Shown here: piece by piece, positions 22,389-35,131 of the stretch | Numbering within the stretch: position 1 is the stretch's first letter | Layout: each line of letters begins with the position of its first letter | DNA from: Octopus sinensis | Taxonomy: Eukaryota | Reading direction: 5' to 3' | Assembly: GCF_006345805.1 (NCBI RefSeq) | Contig: NC_042999.1 | Coordinates: 162,254,001 to 162,318,000, forward strand | DNA: 64,000 nucleotides | The notes under the pieces: generated by a model | Databases searched by the model: none | Told to the model about the DNA's origin: nothing | What the model saw: only the letters and a program-made list of their open reading frames with translations | Program-made: the position numbers and the translations under genes

Positions 22389-24002
22389 TTAAACTAGACA
22401 TTTGCAACACAGGAAAGTTGTTAGTTAAAAGGAAATTGACAGAAATAGGAATTAGCAGCAGCTGATAAGTTGTAATAATAATAACTTTTAGTGAAGCCTT
22501 TAAGCTTGGGAATAATGGAGAAAATAGTGAAAGGGGTGGGGGAATATACCCATATAAAGGATGCTAAGAATTCAGAGAGCTGGAACTTAATTTTTATTTT
22601 AGTAATTGAAAGAGTATGAGTGATAAACATCCTATAGAGACATGGGTATATAGATGGTAACTTTCTGACCTTTGTATGAGAGGAAATGAACTTAGCCTTG
22701 ACACAGTATTGTGCTGGTAACAGATTATAAGCTGACACTTACCACTATTATGCTCATTCAACCGGCCACAACTCACTAAAGAAATAAGAGAGATGGGGAT
22801 TTCGATAAAAGGAAGTCCATCCAAAGTGGATATTACTTCAATCTGTTATATCTTAACAATAGAATCAGAGTAGTTTGGAGAGGACAAATTCAGAGGTAAT
22901 GAGGACCATTTGTTCTAAATGAGAAAAAAAAGACATGAAAGCATTACTGAGAGATGTCCCTAAATAAAGAATATGGGTGATATATCAAGAGAACTAACAG
23001 AACACAGCTGTAAAGATGAGTCACAAGATAGGCTTAGACATTTACTAACATAACCAAGTGCACCAATAATTATAAGTATAAATGTAATAATTTTTAGTCA
23101 AAGTAAAGGAGCTGCAAGTTTTTTAAGGAGTTGTCCATAAATATTTTACTCTTCTCTGATCTTGGAAGAGATATTTTCAGGGCAACTCTATGACTGACAT
23201 GATTTTTGTTTTCTCAAAGCACTATAACACATGTTATACTTGCACTAGATAGAAATTTTGATGGAAATGTTCCACAAATATACCTTGTGTTGGTAGGTAA
23301 GTATATATTTAAGAGCAGAGATGTTTATATTTATCCCAGAGCTGTCTTTTCTGTGGATGGCATTGTTTATTGTTTTAACGTCACATCACATTGGGAGATA
23401 GTACCTGATGACATTTTAGGGTAGCTGCTGATTATATCTACTAAGTCAGCCACAGAAGAGTAACATTTGTAGTTGCATTTGGGGAGTTTAAAGGCTTCAT
23501 TTGTTCATTAGACATTTCAAAGCCATCTCCTACTTTGGAATGGTAAAAGCATAACTTTGAAATGTGATATGATGTAACAGTTACATGTCCAAAGAGGCAA
23601 CACTTCATGTTGATATTATCTTCCTCCTCAAAATATATGGGAAGCATTCCCATGAATAACCCTTTTGTGGTATGAAGTGTTTCTCTTCCAAGTCTTTGTG
23701 GAGTTGAGCCCAGTACTTCTAGGTTCATACAGGTGCTCATAAAGAAGTGTTTCGTGAGGAACTCCCTAGTGATTTGCAGGATGCTATTCATTTCACTTTT
23801 GAGCACATAGATGGTGCATTTATTCTTTCTTCTGTTTAGCAGATGCTGTCTGAGTGATATGGCATACAAAGGTTATCTGACAACCCCTCCTATTTTCCTT
23901 CTGAGAGAGTTGATGTCAGGATTTTGTGGCTTTCAATGTCTATGGAACAGATTTCCAGTCAAGTATTTCAAATTTTGGTATTAGTATTGGTACTACAAAT
24001 GT

Positions 24003-24269
24003 GTGGAGGCGCAATGGCCCAGTGGTTAGGGCAGCGGACTCCCGGTCGCAGGATTGCGGTTTCGATTCCCAGACCGGGCGTTGTGTGTGTTTATTGAGCG
24101 AAAACACCTAAAAGCTCCACGGCACTCCGGCACGGGGTGGTGATCCCTTTCTTCTGTTGGCCTGCTCGCTTAGCCAGCGGGGTGGCGTCATTCGAAGGCT
24201 AAAACAATGAGAACGCATTGTGACCAGCGATGTGTAACAACATCTGATGGTCTGGTCGGTCACGTGGTC
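24003..24269 (+). mobile_element. SINE with a family-B head and a different 3' half
   Basis: First 140 nt or so match family B, then it diverges and ends GGTCGGTCACGTGGTC. TSD ACTA(C/T)AAATGT. Confidence 0.8.
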
Positions 24270-25143
24270 ACTATAAATGTACTGTTGAATTGTTTTCTTG
24301 TTGTAACAGAAAACTGACTGCTATATCTTTTTTTTTTAGTTTAGTATATTCTTTGGTCACTCTTTGTTCACAGTATTATCGTATCATATATTTTCATCAT
24401 TTCCTAGATATTTGTAACACTCATTGTGTGGAGAAAGGAAGATAGATACACTATTGATACAAAGATTTGGAGTTTGGAGAATGATCTTTAGATCATCCAA
24501 TAAATTGTGGGTAGCATTAGTGTATGTTGTTGTTGCTTGACCTTAGGACATAGCCAGTGAATTTTCATATAAGAACAACGGTAGATTTAGGGCCAAAATA
24601 AACAGAAATGCAGACAGACTCACCTTGGGATGAGGTAAAACATTAGAGACAATCATTCCATTTTCAGTGACAAGGATTGTAAACCAGGTCTTCGTGAGCA
24701 TATAAGAGGAGTATTTGGCAGAGTCCCAAACACCAACTTACTGCCTAGGAATCAAACCCAGATAATTTTCTTCAGATTTAAAAATAACAATAAACAGGAT
24801 GCTATCAAAGATCGATGTCAGCAAGCAACTAATCCACTTAAATCTGAAAAACACATGAAAAATTTGTTTTTATCAGTAACTGCTTGGCCCCCCAAATTAC
24901 CAGGGACTCAGCAGATGTAACACATTAAATCCCAGTGTTGCAAGCAAACATCTGGGATTGTCATTAACAATTTCGTCTTTGGCTCCCTTGAAAGACATTA
25001 GCTATATAATGCATGTTTTTTTTTTTTTTTGCTAGTTTGATGGTGTCTAAGCCAAGAACATTACTGCAGGCATTTATGACACTCATCAGCATCTATGGAA
25101 TACCATGATGGCAATAACAACAACAGTGATCATGACAACTTAA

Positions 25144-25362
25144 CCCTTTAGTGTTCAGATTATCCTATCAAACATAATGCTTATTGATTCCCATTGATTT
25201 GAATTAATCATGCATTATCTCATATCTTCAAGATCTTGATGGTGTAATTACTTAATGTAGAATAACATTGTAGGGTAGGTGTGAGAGCCTGGATCTGGTC
25301 AGTTTGAACATAAAACAGATTAACTATTTTGGCCAGATATGGTCGGTTTAAATACTAAAGGG
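25144..25362 (+). mobile_element. piggyBac-like MITE (219 bp)
   Basis: TTAA|CCCTTTAG...CTAAAGGG|TTAA, i.e. TIRs with CCC/GGG ends and a TTAA TSD. Confidence 0.85.
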
Positions 25363-26329
25363 TTAAGCCAGCTGGCTACTAAAATCTACACCACTCATAG
25401 CTACTATTCTTGTTAGGACACAACATCTCACACAAACTACTAAACTTAGATTAAATATCTTCTTTTCTGTTGTTCATTGTAATGACATTTTGTTAATGAT
25501 AAATAAATATTTTATTCTTAGAACTTCACACAGACTTCTTGTTCTCCCATCTCTCAGCTCAACTAAAACATATCTTCATTACATTGGTGACAACCAAATC
25601 AAAATATAGCTATCTTGCAAGTACTTCAATGGCTGAGGCACCTAGTAGTGAATTCAATAGCCATGAGTGACGAATGAAGTCAAATAACTTTTTATACTAA
25701 CCCATACTGTCACAAAGTTTCCAGTGTTTTCTTACTTCAGACAGCATAACTAACTGAAATCTGTTTGATGCATCCACACACTGCTTTCTTTCCGCCTGCT
25801 TTTCAATGGTTATATCATCAGACTAGAAATGGTCTTGGAAGAATTCACTCAGACTGCTTACATAGGCAAGACAGTAGTTTCATTCTTGGCCACAAGGTAT
25901 CGTTGTGTTGAGACAAATTAGTTTGGTATTTCAATCTAACCTTCCATAATTTTTGAAATATATGCATAAGTGACTTTCTGTAAATAGTCAATGTTTTGCA
26001 CCAGTACCCAACTATGAGGTCTCTTCTTGATGCCTTCCTCTTATGCAGCTTTTACACAGCATTAGTGAAAGTTTCAATATCAATTATATAGGTTTAACTG
26101 CTGATGCTAGTGCAACATTCTTGAGTTATTGTGTCTATGTTGCATTCACCAGACTTAAATCCAATCAAAAACCTCTGGAGCATATGCCAATAGTAGCTCC
26201 TCTAATCAGCATAAATTCCACCAGATTTTGGCACATTTCCTTAATTTCACCATCTCTGTATCACACTAAGATAAAAGATTGAATGATTTCTTGTTTCATT
26301 TGAGGTCATAGTGTTTTATGCACTTTTTG

Positions 26330-26600
26330 CATATAATCCAGAAGTTTTCAATTGGATTTAAGCCTGGTGAAAACAGACCAATTAAACAGTGTTAAACTAT
26401 GTTGATGAAAGGAATCTGCTGAATGCTTGTTGACAGGAACTGGTGTATTATGTTGCTGAAAAATGCCACCACAATTTGGATACTAGACATTTAATTACAG
26501 CACAACACAGTTCAACAAAGCATAAAACACAGTTTCCTTTTCAAGGCCACCACACTTTGGTAGCGTATAAGAGTTTAGTATAGTCCTCAGCATTTCTCAG
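26330..26600 (-). pseudogene. Tc1-like transposase remnant
   Basis: FQQHNTP...LFNW..SPGLNPIENF corresponds to FQQDNAP...WP..SPDLNPIENLW. A second SPDLNPIKNLW lies on the plus strand at 26146-26178. Confidence 0.7.
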
Positions 26601-27004
26601 ACAGAGTTGATGGGAAATTCGATCAGACAAGGGATTGGACTTCAATTTGTTCACAGTCTTGATAACTAACTGTAGCGCATCATTCAATCTGCTGTTCATA
26701 TTTTCTGCCGCTAAATGCTACTGGTGGGCCAAGCAATGAACAGTTAGTATCTGGTGGGAAATTTCAACTTCTGTATCTTCCTATCATCAAAAGATCTCCA
26801 TCAGATGCGCAGGCAAGAATATTACTGAGGGGGATATCATGTTCAAAAAAGGAAAGACTTGAGAGTGTGAAAAATAGTTGCACCTCTTGAATCAAGCGGC
26901 AATTTCTCTGAACAGTATTTCCTCACAAGGTTGAAGGTCTTTGTCCTTAGTTCACTGATAGTGAACAGCTGACACTGTAGTACATCTCGAAATTAAAGAC
27001 GAAA

Positions 27005-27204
27005 TATGTTACAACATAGAATTTTCTCAATAAAGCCAAGAAAAAATGATGTTTTATAAACATATTCTACCAGTATACGAAGTTTAAAAGTGTTTAGTTA
27101 ACTAGAAATTATGTTACAAAGTGCCGTTCAAAAGGAAAAGATCCTAAAATTTTTTAGTTACCTAGAAATTATGTTAAAAACTGTCGTTCAAACCGAAAAG
27201 ATCC
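27005..27204 (+). mobile_element. GGATC MITE right end, with the terminal 60 bp duplicated
   Basis: GAAAAGATCC termini at 27144 and 27204. Confidence 0.75.
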
Positions 27205-27841
27205 ACTCTCTTTCCTTTCAGTTGCTGAGACATGCTGTTAGATTTTTGTATTCTTTCTCCAACTACAAAGGACATCTTAGATAAAAAAATTTTCTTATGG
27301 TATCTACTCCACCACCGTCCATTTATTTTCCCTTGATCATTTTATTCTTTGAAACATTTTGACTGAGATAACGTTAAGTACTTATCAGTGACTAAATTGT
27401 TTTAAGGTAAAATACTTTGACACTTAATGATATATACTATTGCCACAAAATATGTACAAAACAAGTGACAATAACAGCCTCTATATTTTAAATAGATATT
27501 GTGTGACCTATCATGAGACAACTGTATCAGTGTTAATATATATTCTAAGATCAAGATACATGCTAAACAGACAAGGAAATGAAACGAATAGTGCATATGC
27601 CTCACCGCACTCACATATACAACCTCTAAATGCATACGTACACACACACACTCTTCAAAGGGAGAATTTAAATAATTAAAAGCCAAAAAGTACGTAATAC
27701 ATACATACATGTAGAAATACGTCCGTATGTACGTACATACATACAAACAAAGAAAAACGTTGGCAATAATAAATATCTATTTCAGATACTTTAAGAAGCT
27801 TAGAGGTAAGCCTCACATGTAGAAATTATATCATATGATCT

Positions 27842-28013
27842 CTCTTACTCTTTTACTTGTTTCAGTCATTTGACTGCGGCCATGCTGGAGCATCGCCTTT
27901 AGTCTTATTCTTTGTAAGCCCAGTACTTATTCTATCGGTCTCTTTTGCCGAACCGCTAAGTGACGGGGACGTAAACACACCAGCATCGGTTGTCAAGCAA
28001 TGCTAGGGGGACA

Positions 28014-28096
<83 letters not shown>

Positions 28097-28222
28097 CGAC
28101 AGGCTTTCAGTTTCCGTCTACCAAATCCACTCAGAAGACATTTGCCCAAGGTGCCACTCAGAAGACACTGAACCCAGAACCATATGGTTGGTTAGCAAGC
28201 TACTTACCACACAGCCACTCGT
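27842..28222 (-). mobile_element. SINE family A with an expanded (TA)n and internal deletions
   Basis: Homology to the other family A copies. Confidence 0.9.
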
Positions 28223-28516
28223 GCGCCTTCGATCATATATCAAAATTTAATATTTAATTTTCTTTTTGTTTTGTTATCCTGCTTTAAGAAGACTTTACTT
28301 TCACTGCTTCTTGCTGAAACATTTTAAATGAATAACAGAGATTTTCTTCTATAATAATAAATGCTAAAACGAATTTCCGTGTGTCAATGTGTCTCACTTT
28401 GACCCCCTCTCTCACTATCCAATGACACTTTTACTCTTGCTGAGGTGAGAGTAATAGTAGGTATAGAGACGGTGAGGACGGTAGTAGGTTGACAGTTGAG
28501 ATGGTATTGGGGTGAT

Positions 28517-28725
28517 AGTACGCCGGGCGAAATGCGTAGCCGTATTTCGTCTGCCGTTACGTTCTGAGTTCAAATTCCGCCGAGGTCGACTTTGCCTTTC
28601 ATCCTTTCTGGGTCGATAAATTAAGTACCAGTTAAGCACTGAGCTCGATGTAATCGACTTAATACCTATGTCTGTCCTTGTTTGTCCCCTCTGTGTTTAG
28701 CCCCTTGTGGGTAATAAAGAAATAA
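28517..28725 (+). mobile_element. SINE family C (5' end decayed)
   Basis: Contains GAGTTCAAATTCC (B-box-like). Matches 31265-31497 and 59132-59364. Confidence 0.85.
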
Positions 28726-29867
28726 GTAATAGTATGAGCTGTAGTTGTGATAGAGGGAGAGGCAACAGTGGTGGTGGTGGTGATAGCTGAGGCGGTCAAG
28801 CATGTTGGTGATGGTAAGGGATGTGAAAGACAGTGGTGATGGTGCTGAAGGGGAAGGCAATGAAGTCAAAGATATTGATGGTGGTGGCATCAAAAGTCTG
28901 AACAGTGTATGTATGTCAGTTGTGGTGGCGATGGTGGTTGTACTGGTGATGGTGATGGTTGAAAACAATCAACAGAAAGAAAGAGGTTAGACAGAAAAAA
29001 AAATTGTACTGAGGCCCTAATGGGAAAACAAAAAAATGTTTATTATGAAGCTTTGCAGTAAGTCCCAAGTCAACGTATATTCGACGAAAATTGTTCATTG
29101 CTTGAAAAATATTGGTCAAGCTTAATAAAATTTAATATGTGCTCAATGCATGAAGTGTCGTTGTTGGGCCCAAGGCCCAATGAAGAGCCCTCCACAGGAG
29201 TGAGCTTAAAAGTATGTTGATTGAATTCTACCCTGTATACCACTGCTATGTATTTTATCAACGTTCCTCCACCATATTGCAGATAATCATTGGGAAATAT
29301 GATGTTATTTTCATTAAGCTCAAGACCAGTTTTTCACTAGCAGCCATTTATTGAATCAACAGCTTTATCATGCTCATGCATAATGCATCGACCTTCTGAG
29401 AGGTATGTAAAAACATATTAAGGAATTTATATACAGAAATGTGAGATGGTCAAGCAGATAGGAGACTGAATCTAAACTCATATCAGTGTCATGCTAACCT
29501 TTCCACTACTCAACTCATATATGCAGAATTAGGATTGACAGTGTTTTACATAAAATATTGGTCTATATATTTACTTCACTCACACACATGCATGCATGCA
29601 CATGTACAGTTGCATAAGCACACACACATACACACAAGTGTATGTGTGCACATTTAAGTGTATGAATGTATGGCATAGAATTCATACATAAAACATAATT
29701 ACACATATACATATACCTCTGTTGCTATATCTAGAAAAATTCATCTATGAATTACAATTTCCCAATACTGTTATATAGCCGAAAAATAATACTATACTAC
29801 ATATACAGATAATGTGTGTGTGCATGCGTGCACATGTGTATATATGTGTATGTGTGTATATATGTGT

Positions 29868-30358
29868 GTCATCATCATCATCATCATCGTTTAACATCCA
29901 TTTTCCATGCTGGCATGGATTGGATGGTTCAAGAGTTTCTACAGCTGGATGCCCTTCCTAATGCCAACCACTCTGAGAGTGTAGTGGGTGCTTTTTACGA
30001 GCCACCAGCACAGGGGGCTGGCATCGACCACAATTGGATGGTGCTTTTTACGTGCCACTGGCATGGGGATCACAACTACAATTTCTATTTGATGTGATTT
30101 GATTTGATTTTGATGTACTTGACTCAGTAGGTCTCCTTAGATACGGCATGTCATCCTACAATCCAAGGTACTTTTGAGTGGGCTGGTTATGCGACACTGG
30201 TGCAGGTTACAGTTGTGAACTCACTTTATTTGCCGGGTCTTCTCAGTCACAGCATATCTCCAGAGGTCTCGGTCTTTTGTCATTGCCTCTGTGAGGCCCA
30301 ACATTTGAAGCTCATGCTTCACCACTCCATCCCATGTCTTCCTGGGTCACCCTCCCCC
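29868..30358 (-). mobile_element. RTE-A LINE 3' end
   Basis: C-terminal coding (PRKTWDGVVKHELQMLGLTEAMTKDRDLWRYAV) plus 3' UTR and tail, collinear with 54640-55338. Confidence 0.88.
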
Positions 30359-30850
30359 CGTTGGCATTTCAAATGATGTGGACGGTTCCCACTGATTGAT
30401 ACCCAATCTTTATTCCAGCCATCTTGTCCTTCAAGGGTAGCATGGCATTCATTAGTGAACAGAACTGTTGAAAAATCTAGCTTCATGTATTCTACCTATT
30501 TCAGTCTCTTCTGTTTATGAACAGCCCACAGAGGGGTTCTTATTTAATATTCCTGGCTACCTGCTTCAAGAGGCAATACCTAGTACTTTTCAATACGTCT
30601 TCCATGCCAATTTGCAGACTTCTCTACCTATCAGACTTGGGTTCTGCACAACTTCTCTTTTCACACTTGACGAAGTACACTTGGAAGCAACCCTTAACTC
30701 ACCTTTATTTGCCCTCGACTGGACAGAAATAGGAAACTGCACAAATTTCTTCACTGTTCAGTGATCTCTTCCCAGTATTTTTGATATTTCTATGGTTGTG
30801 TTCTCTTTTCCAAGCTCTGACATGATGGTAGACTTCTCAAGCAAGATAAG
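30359..30850 (-). pseudogene. Tc1/IS630-type transposase remnant
   Basis: Reads KREVVQNP...LDFSTVLFTNECHATLEGQDGW...CQRGG, a decayed VLFTDE.RATLDGPDGW motif. Truncated by the RTE-A insertion. Confidence 0.75.
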
Positions 30851-31264
30851 ATCATGTTTCTGACTCATAACCACACTTAATTGGGCACCTGCTCAATAAT
30901 TTGGGACAGCAGAAATATAGTTGTTACATGATAATGGCCACTATTTGTTTCTGTTTGCGCAGATCCAATTTATTTTAACGAATTTATGCAGATATCTGTT
31001 ATTAACAGTCAGTGGGACAACAACTGGTTTTGAATGAATATACATTTATTTATTGAGAGAAGGATGATTTGCCTAATAATGTGGGATGCAGTGTATCGTT
31101 GAGGATTTATCAGAATAGTTAATGAAAATGGTCATGTGGAAAATATCAGATACAAAAATTATCAAGTATAGCAATTCCGTTCTGGAATATTGGATAACTG
31201 ATATAAAAGATATGAGAATTCATTAATTCTCTCTATTTTTATTATTGTTTTCAAGGAAGAAATA

Positions 31265-31497
31265 TATTTCTTTATTGCCCACAAGGGGCTAAACATAGAA
31301 AGGACAAACAAGGACAGACAAGGGGATTAAGTCGATTACATCGACCCCAGTGTGTAACTGGTACTTATTTAATCGACCCCGAAAGGATGAAAGGCAAAGC
31401 TGACCTCGGCGGAATTTGAACTCAGAACGTATTGGCAGACGAAATACAACTAAGCATTTCGCCCGGCGTGCTAACGATTCTGCCAGCTCGCCGCCCT
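31265..31497 (-). mobile_element. SINE family C, full length
   Basis: 17-bp TSD TTTTCAAGGAAGAAATA at 31248-31264 and 31498-31514. An empty-site homolog lies at about 36720. Confidence 0.93.
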
Positions 31498-32793
31498 TTT
31501 TCAAGGAAGAAATAACAGCCACTGTAGAACCTTCAGACTTGTCATTGAAATTCAGTCACAAGTTTTAAATAGATACCTAGATATTTTGGTAACATTAGCA
31601 AAGCAGGATTTATCAGTTTTATCATTATGAGTACAAAACGTTAATCAGTAGATATTAATTGTTATAGTGTTAGGACTTATATGTAAAGGAATAAAATAGA
31701 ATTAGGTATATATTCTAAATATTTATTAGTTAGGTAGATGTCGGGGAAGGGGGTTTATTATTGATAGTGTAGCTATGGGATTAGATGGGTATGTACAAGT
31801 GATCTGGTGAGAGAGAGATAAAGAAATATTACTATTGAAGTAAATAAAGTAGTTAATTAAAATTTTGAAGATACTTAGATCTCTATGTGAATATATAAAA
31901 TGCTTTTCTTGTTTCAAGGCTTGACTAGGGTATTTTATTTAAGACTGAAAAATTATAGATCATGGTTTATAATCATTAAGAATGAGATAAAAAAAAAGGA
32001 GATATAGTAATTTCTATTTAAGGGAACAGAATAGTTATATAAATTTGAGAGACACTGATATTACTGTGTTAATATATAAGATAAAATAGTTATCTCACTT
32101 CAAAGATTGGAAAGGTTACTCCTGGAAGAAAGAGTAAATAAAACTATTGTTGTCTAGATGTAAAATATGAAATATCTATAGTGTTGACTTTATAAAAAGT
32201 GTTCATAAGTAATTATAACACATTTAAGGTAAAATTCAATTATAGTAGTGGGGTTAGAGGTTAGTGGGGTTAGAGGTTAGTGGGTATGTGCAAATATAAT
32301 AGCAACAGAGATAATAAACTCATTATTTAAATTTGGAAAATGCATATTTTCTTGCATTTTTTAATTGCATTCTCTGTCAAACCTATATAAATATGTTGTT
32401 ATTTTTACCTTGAGTTATTATTGTACATTGGTATATTACATTTTTACTTTTACATGAATTTTAAAATAAACAATTATTTTTTATCCTACAGTCACATTTA
32501 TTATAAGTGTTATTATAAGTTTGTATTAGATGAGAGAATTTTTTAGTTGTTTTTGTATTATTTTCTAAGTTTTATTGTTAGGAGATATATCAGTACAATT
32601 ACTAAGGTTATAAAAGTTAGTGAGGGGTACGTTAAACGAAGTGTGGTTAATCTGGTTATTACTATGGGTGTTTCTATTTAAGTAAAATTTATCTAGTTTC
32701 CTATTATTTATGGAAGATATAATGGTAAATAAGAAATGGGTTAGGCTAAATCCAATATTAATGGTTTTATTGTTAATTATTTCATTATATCTA

Positions 32794-33152
32794 GGCGCAG
32801 GAGTAGCTGTGTGGTAAGTAGCTTGCATACTAAACACATGGTTCCAGGTTCAGCCCCACTGCATGGCACCTTGGGCAAGTGTCTTCTACTGTAGCCTTGG
32901 GCCGACCAAAGCCTTGTAAGAGGATTTGGTAGATGGAAACTGAAAGAAGCCCATCGTATGTGTGTGTGTGGTGTTTGTTCCCCCCCCCCCACCATTGCAT
33001 GATGCTGGTGTGTTTACATTCCCGTAACTTAACAGTTCAGCAAAAGACACCAATGGAATAAGTACTAGGCTTACAAAGAATGAGTCCTGGGGTCGATTTG
33101 TTCAACTAAAGGCAGTGCCACAGTCAGATGACTGAAAGAAAAGAAAAAAGAA
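32794..33152 (+). mobile_element. SINE family A, older variant
   Basis: Homology to the other family A copies. Confidence 0.88.
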
Positions 33153-33487
33153 AGATTAGTATTAAAGTGTTTATGAATAATCTTGAATATTGAATTAATT
33201 ATATTAATTTTGATTTACATAACATAATTTTGATTTATGGAGCTTATCAGTATTATTATTAATTATAGGTGTATTATAATCTATTTTAGACTTGATATAT
33301 TTAGTTGAGTTAGTGTGTACAAAATTCTTATTAAATTTTGATTATCATTATAGAATTCATTATAAATTAATTTTTTATTTTTTATCTTAGATTTATTATT
33401 TGATGTAGTGTTTGTTATTCCATTTTTATGTTTCATGATATTAATTTTGCTTTCAGTAATCTTATGTTTATTGTCAATACCTATTTC

Positions 33488-35048
33488 GTTAGTTAGTTAG
33501 TTAGTTAATTTGGCTCAAAAGCAAATAGCAAGGCCATGTAGGGGGACATGGAGTTAAGTACAGGGTGGTGTTCATGTAAAGAGTTCAGGCCACTTGAGGT
33601 CCAGGGAGGCTTTGAACAAAGCGGTCGTCGGCATCTTCACCATCTCGTCTGGCAGCTTGTTCCACGGATCCGCAACCCGGACGGAGAAAGCTCCTCTCCT
33701 TCGATTGAGATGAAATCGTCGCAGGTAGAGCTTTTCGGAATGACCCCGCAGCCAACGCTCTGGAGCAGGAGTGAAGAACAGCTCTTTCGAGAGGTTACAC
33801 TTTCCGCTTATGATGTTGTGGGCGAGAATGAGATCACCACGGCGGTGGCGTTTTTCAAGAGAATAAAGGTTGAGTGTCCTCAGCCTTTCTTCGTAGGACA
33901 AATTTTTGAGACCATGAACCATGCGGGTAGCCAGCTTCTGGACTCTTTCGAGATGCTGTATGTCTTTGAGGAGATAAGGAGAAGAGGCTTGAATCCCATA
34001 CTCCAATATGGGTCTCACCAGCGTGACATAGAGTGGTAGGAATATGGCTGCTGTGAGCATTCCGAATGACCGTCGAATCAAGAACAGAATTCCGCGTGCT
34101 TTGTTGGCAGCATGGACGCACTGGGCCGAAGGCGAAAAGGAGGAATCCACCAAGATACCCAGGTCCTTTACCTGATCGGTCCTCTCCAGCAGCAGACGAC
34201 CTGGCTTGAAATCAAGTTGAGTTGCAGGAGTAGAGCCGACAGGCAGATGACAGCACTTTGACACGTTCAGACACAGGTCCCAATCGTTAGACCACTTCCA
34301 AATTTGGTGGAGGCATCGACGAAGATCCTCTATATTACCGCAAGGAGCGACCAGTTTGATATCGAGGGCAAATAGAAGGGTGTGTTGCGTGAGGTCGTCA
34401 GACAAGTCATTTATGAAGACTAAGAACAACAAGGGCCCAAGCACTGAACCTTGAGGCATGTCACTGCTCGCACTGGAGACGTCGGACCGCGAACCATTAA
34501 CTTGGACTTGGAAGGAGCGATCTGAGAGGAAGGCACCAACCCATTGTATAATATCCGGATGGAAACTATATGCTTGAAGCTTGACAAGTAATAGGCGGTG
34601 GTTTACCGAGTCAAAAGCTTTGGCAAAGTCCAATAAAACGATGTCAACAGCATCACTATCATCGAGGATGCGCGTCACCAATTCTTCCATTACTAGTAAG
34701 TTGGTCAAGCATGATCTCTTCGGCACGAAGCCGTGTTGGGAATCAGAGATAGAGGCTGTGTTTTGGAGGTGGAGCATCATACTTTTCTTAAGGATGTTTT
34801 CGAACATCTTGCTGATTATTGATGTAAGGGAAACCGGTCGGTAGTTAAGTGGGTCTTCACGGCTCCCTTTCTTGAAAATTGGGCAGATTATCGCTGTTCT
34901 CCAGTCTGCAGGTATAACACCCGTCGCCAATGACATATTGAATAGTCGTGTTAAGGGCTCGCAGATGACCGGAGCCAATGCTTTGATAACCCGTGGGTGT
35001 ATGCCGTCAGGGCCATGACCCTTGTTGACATCGAGGCCTTGAATAACA
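33488..35048 (-). mobile_element. 5'-truncated CR1-clade LINE with a (TAAC)n tail
   Basis: GC about 50% by eye against very AT-rich flanks. Tail (GTTA)n at 33488-33507. Confidence 0.9.
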
Positions 35049-35131
35049 CTGGTTTCTAGTTTTATGTTTATTATTTGTGGGATTATAAGTTTTTTTAGTT
35101 CTGTTTTTTGTTTGTATTTAGTTATGTTCAT
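33572..35131 (-). CDS. Open 519-aa reading frame: CR1-type reverse transcriptase and C-terminus, with a flank-derived N-terminus
   Basis: GPDGIHPRV..NYRPVSLTS..QHGFV..DFAKAFDSV..PQGSVLGPLLF..LFALDIK (catalytic FADD appears as FALD)..RGDLI. The first 29 aa or so come from AT-rich flank. Confidence 0.8.
   Translation of the reverse strand: MNITKYKQKTELKKLIIPQIINIKLETSVIQGLDVNKGHGPDGIHPRVIKALAPVICEPLTRLFNMSLATGVIPADWRTAIICPIFKKGSREDPLNYRPVSLTSIISKMFENILKKSMMLHLQNTASISDSQHGFVPKRSCLTNLLVMEELVTRILDDSDAVDIVLLDFAKAFDSVNHRLLLVKLQAYSFHPDIIQWVGAFLSDRSFQVQVNGSRSDVSSASSDMPQGSVLGPLLFLVFINDLSDDLTQHTLLFALDIKLVAPCGNIEDLRRCLHQIWKWSNDWDLCLNVSKCCHLPVGSTPATQLDFKPGRLLLERTDQVKDLGILVDSSFSPSAQCVHAANKARGILFLIRRSFGMLTAAIFLPLYVTLVRPILEYGIQASSPYLLKDIQHLERVQKLATRMVHGLKNLSYEERLRTLNLYSLEKRHRRGDLILAHNIISGKCNLSKELFFTPAPERWLRGHSEKLYLRRFHLNRRRGAFSVRVADPWNKLPDEMVKMPTTALFKASLDLKWPELFT

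Noticed and set aside
23441-23869. 142-aa ORF as a host exon or gene
   Set aside because: No recognisable domain and no convincing splice sites. It may be decayed transposon sequence, but I could not support a call.
24610-24770. Coding exon ending at a strong minus-strand donor (AAG|GTGAGT near 24620)
   Set aside because: All three frames from the nearest plausible acceptor contain stops. A non-coding exon cannot be judged without RNA data.
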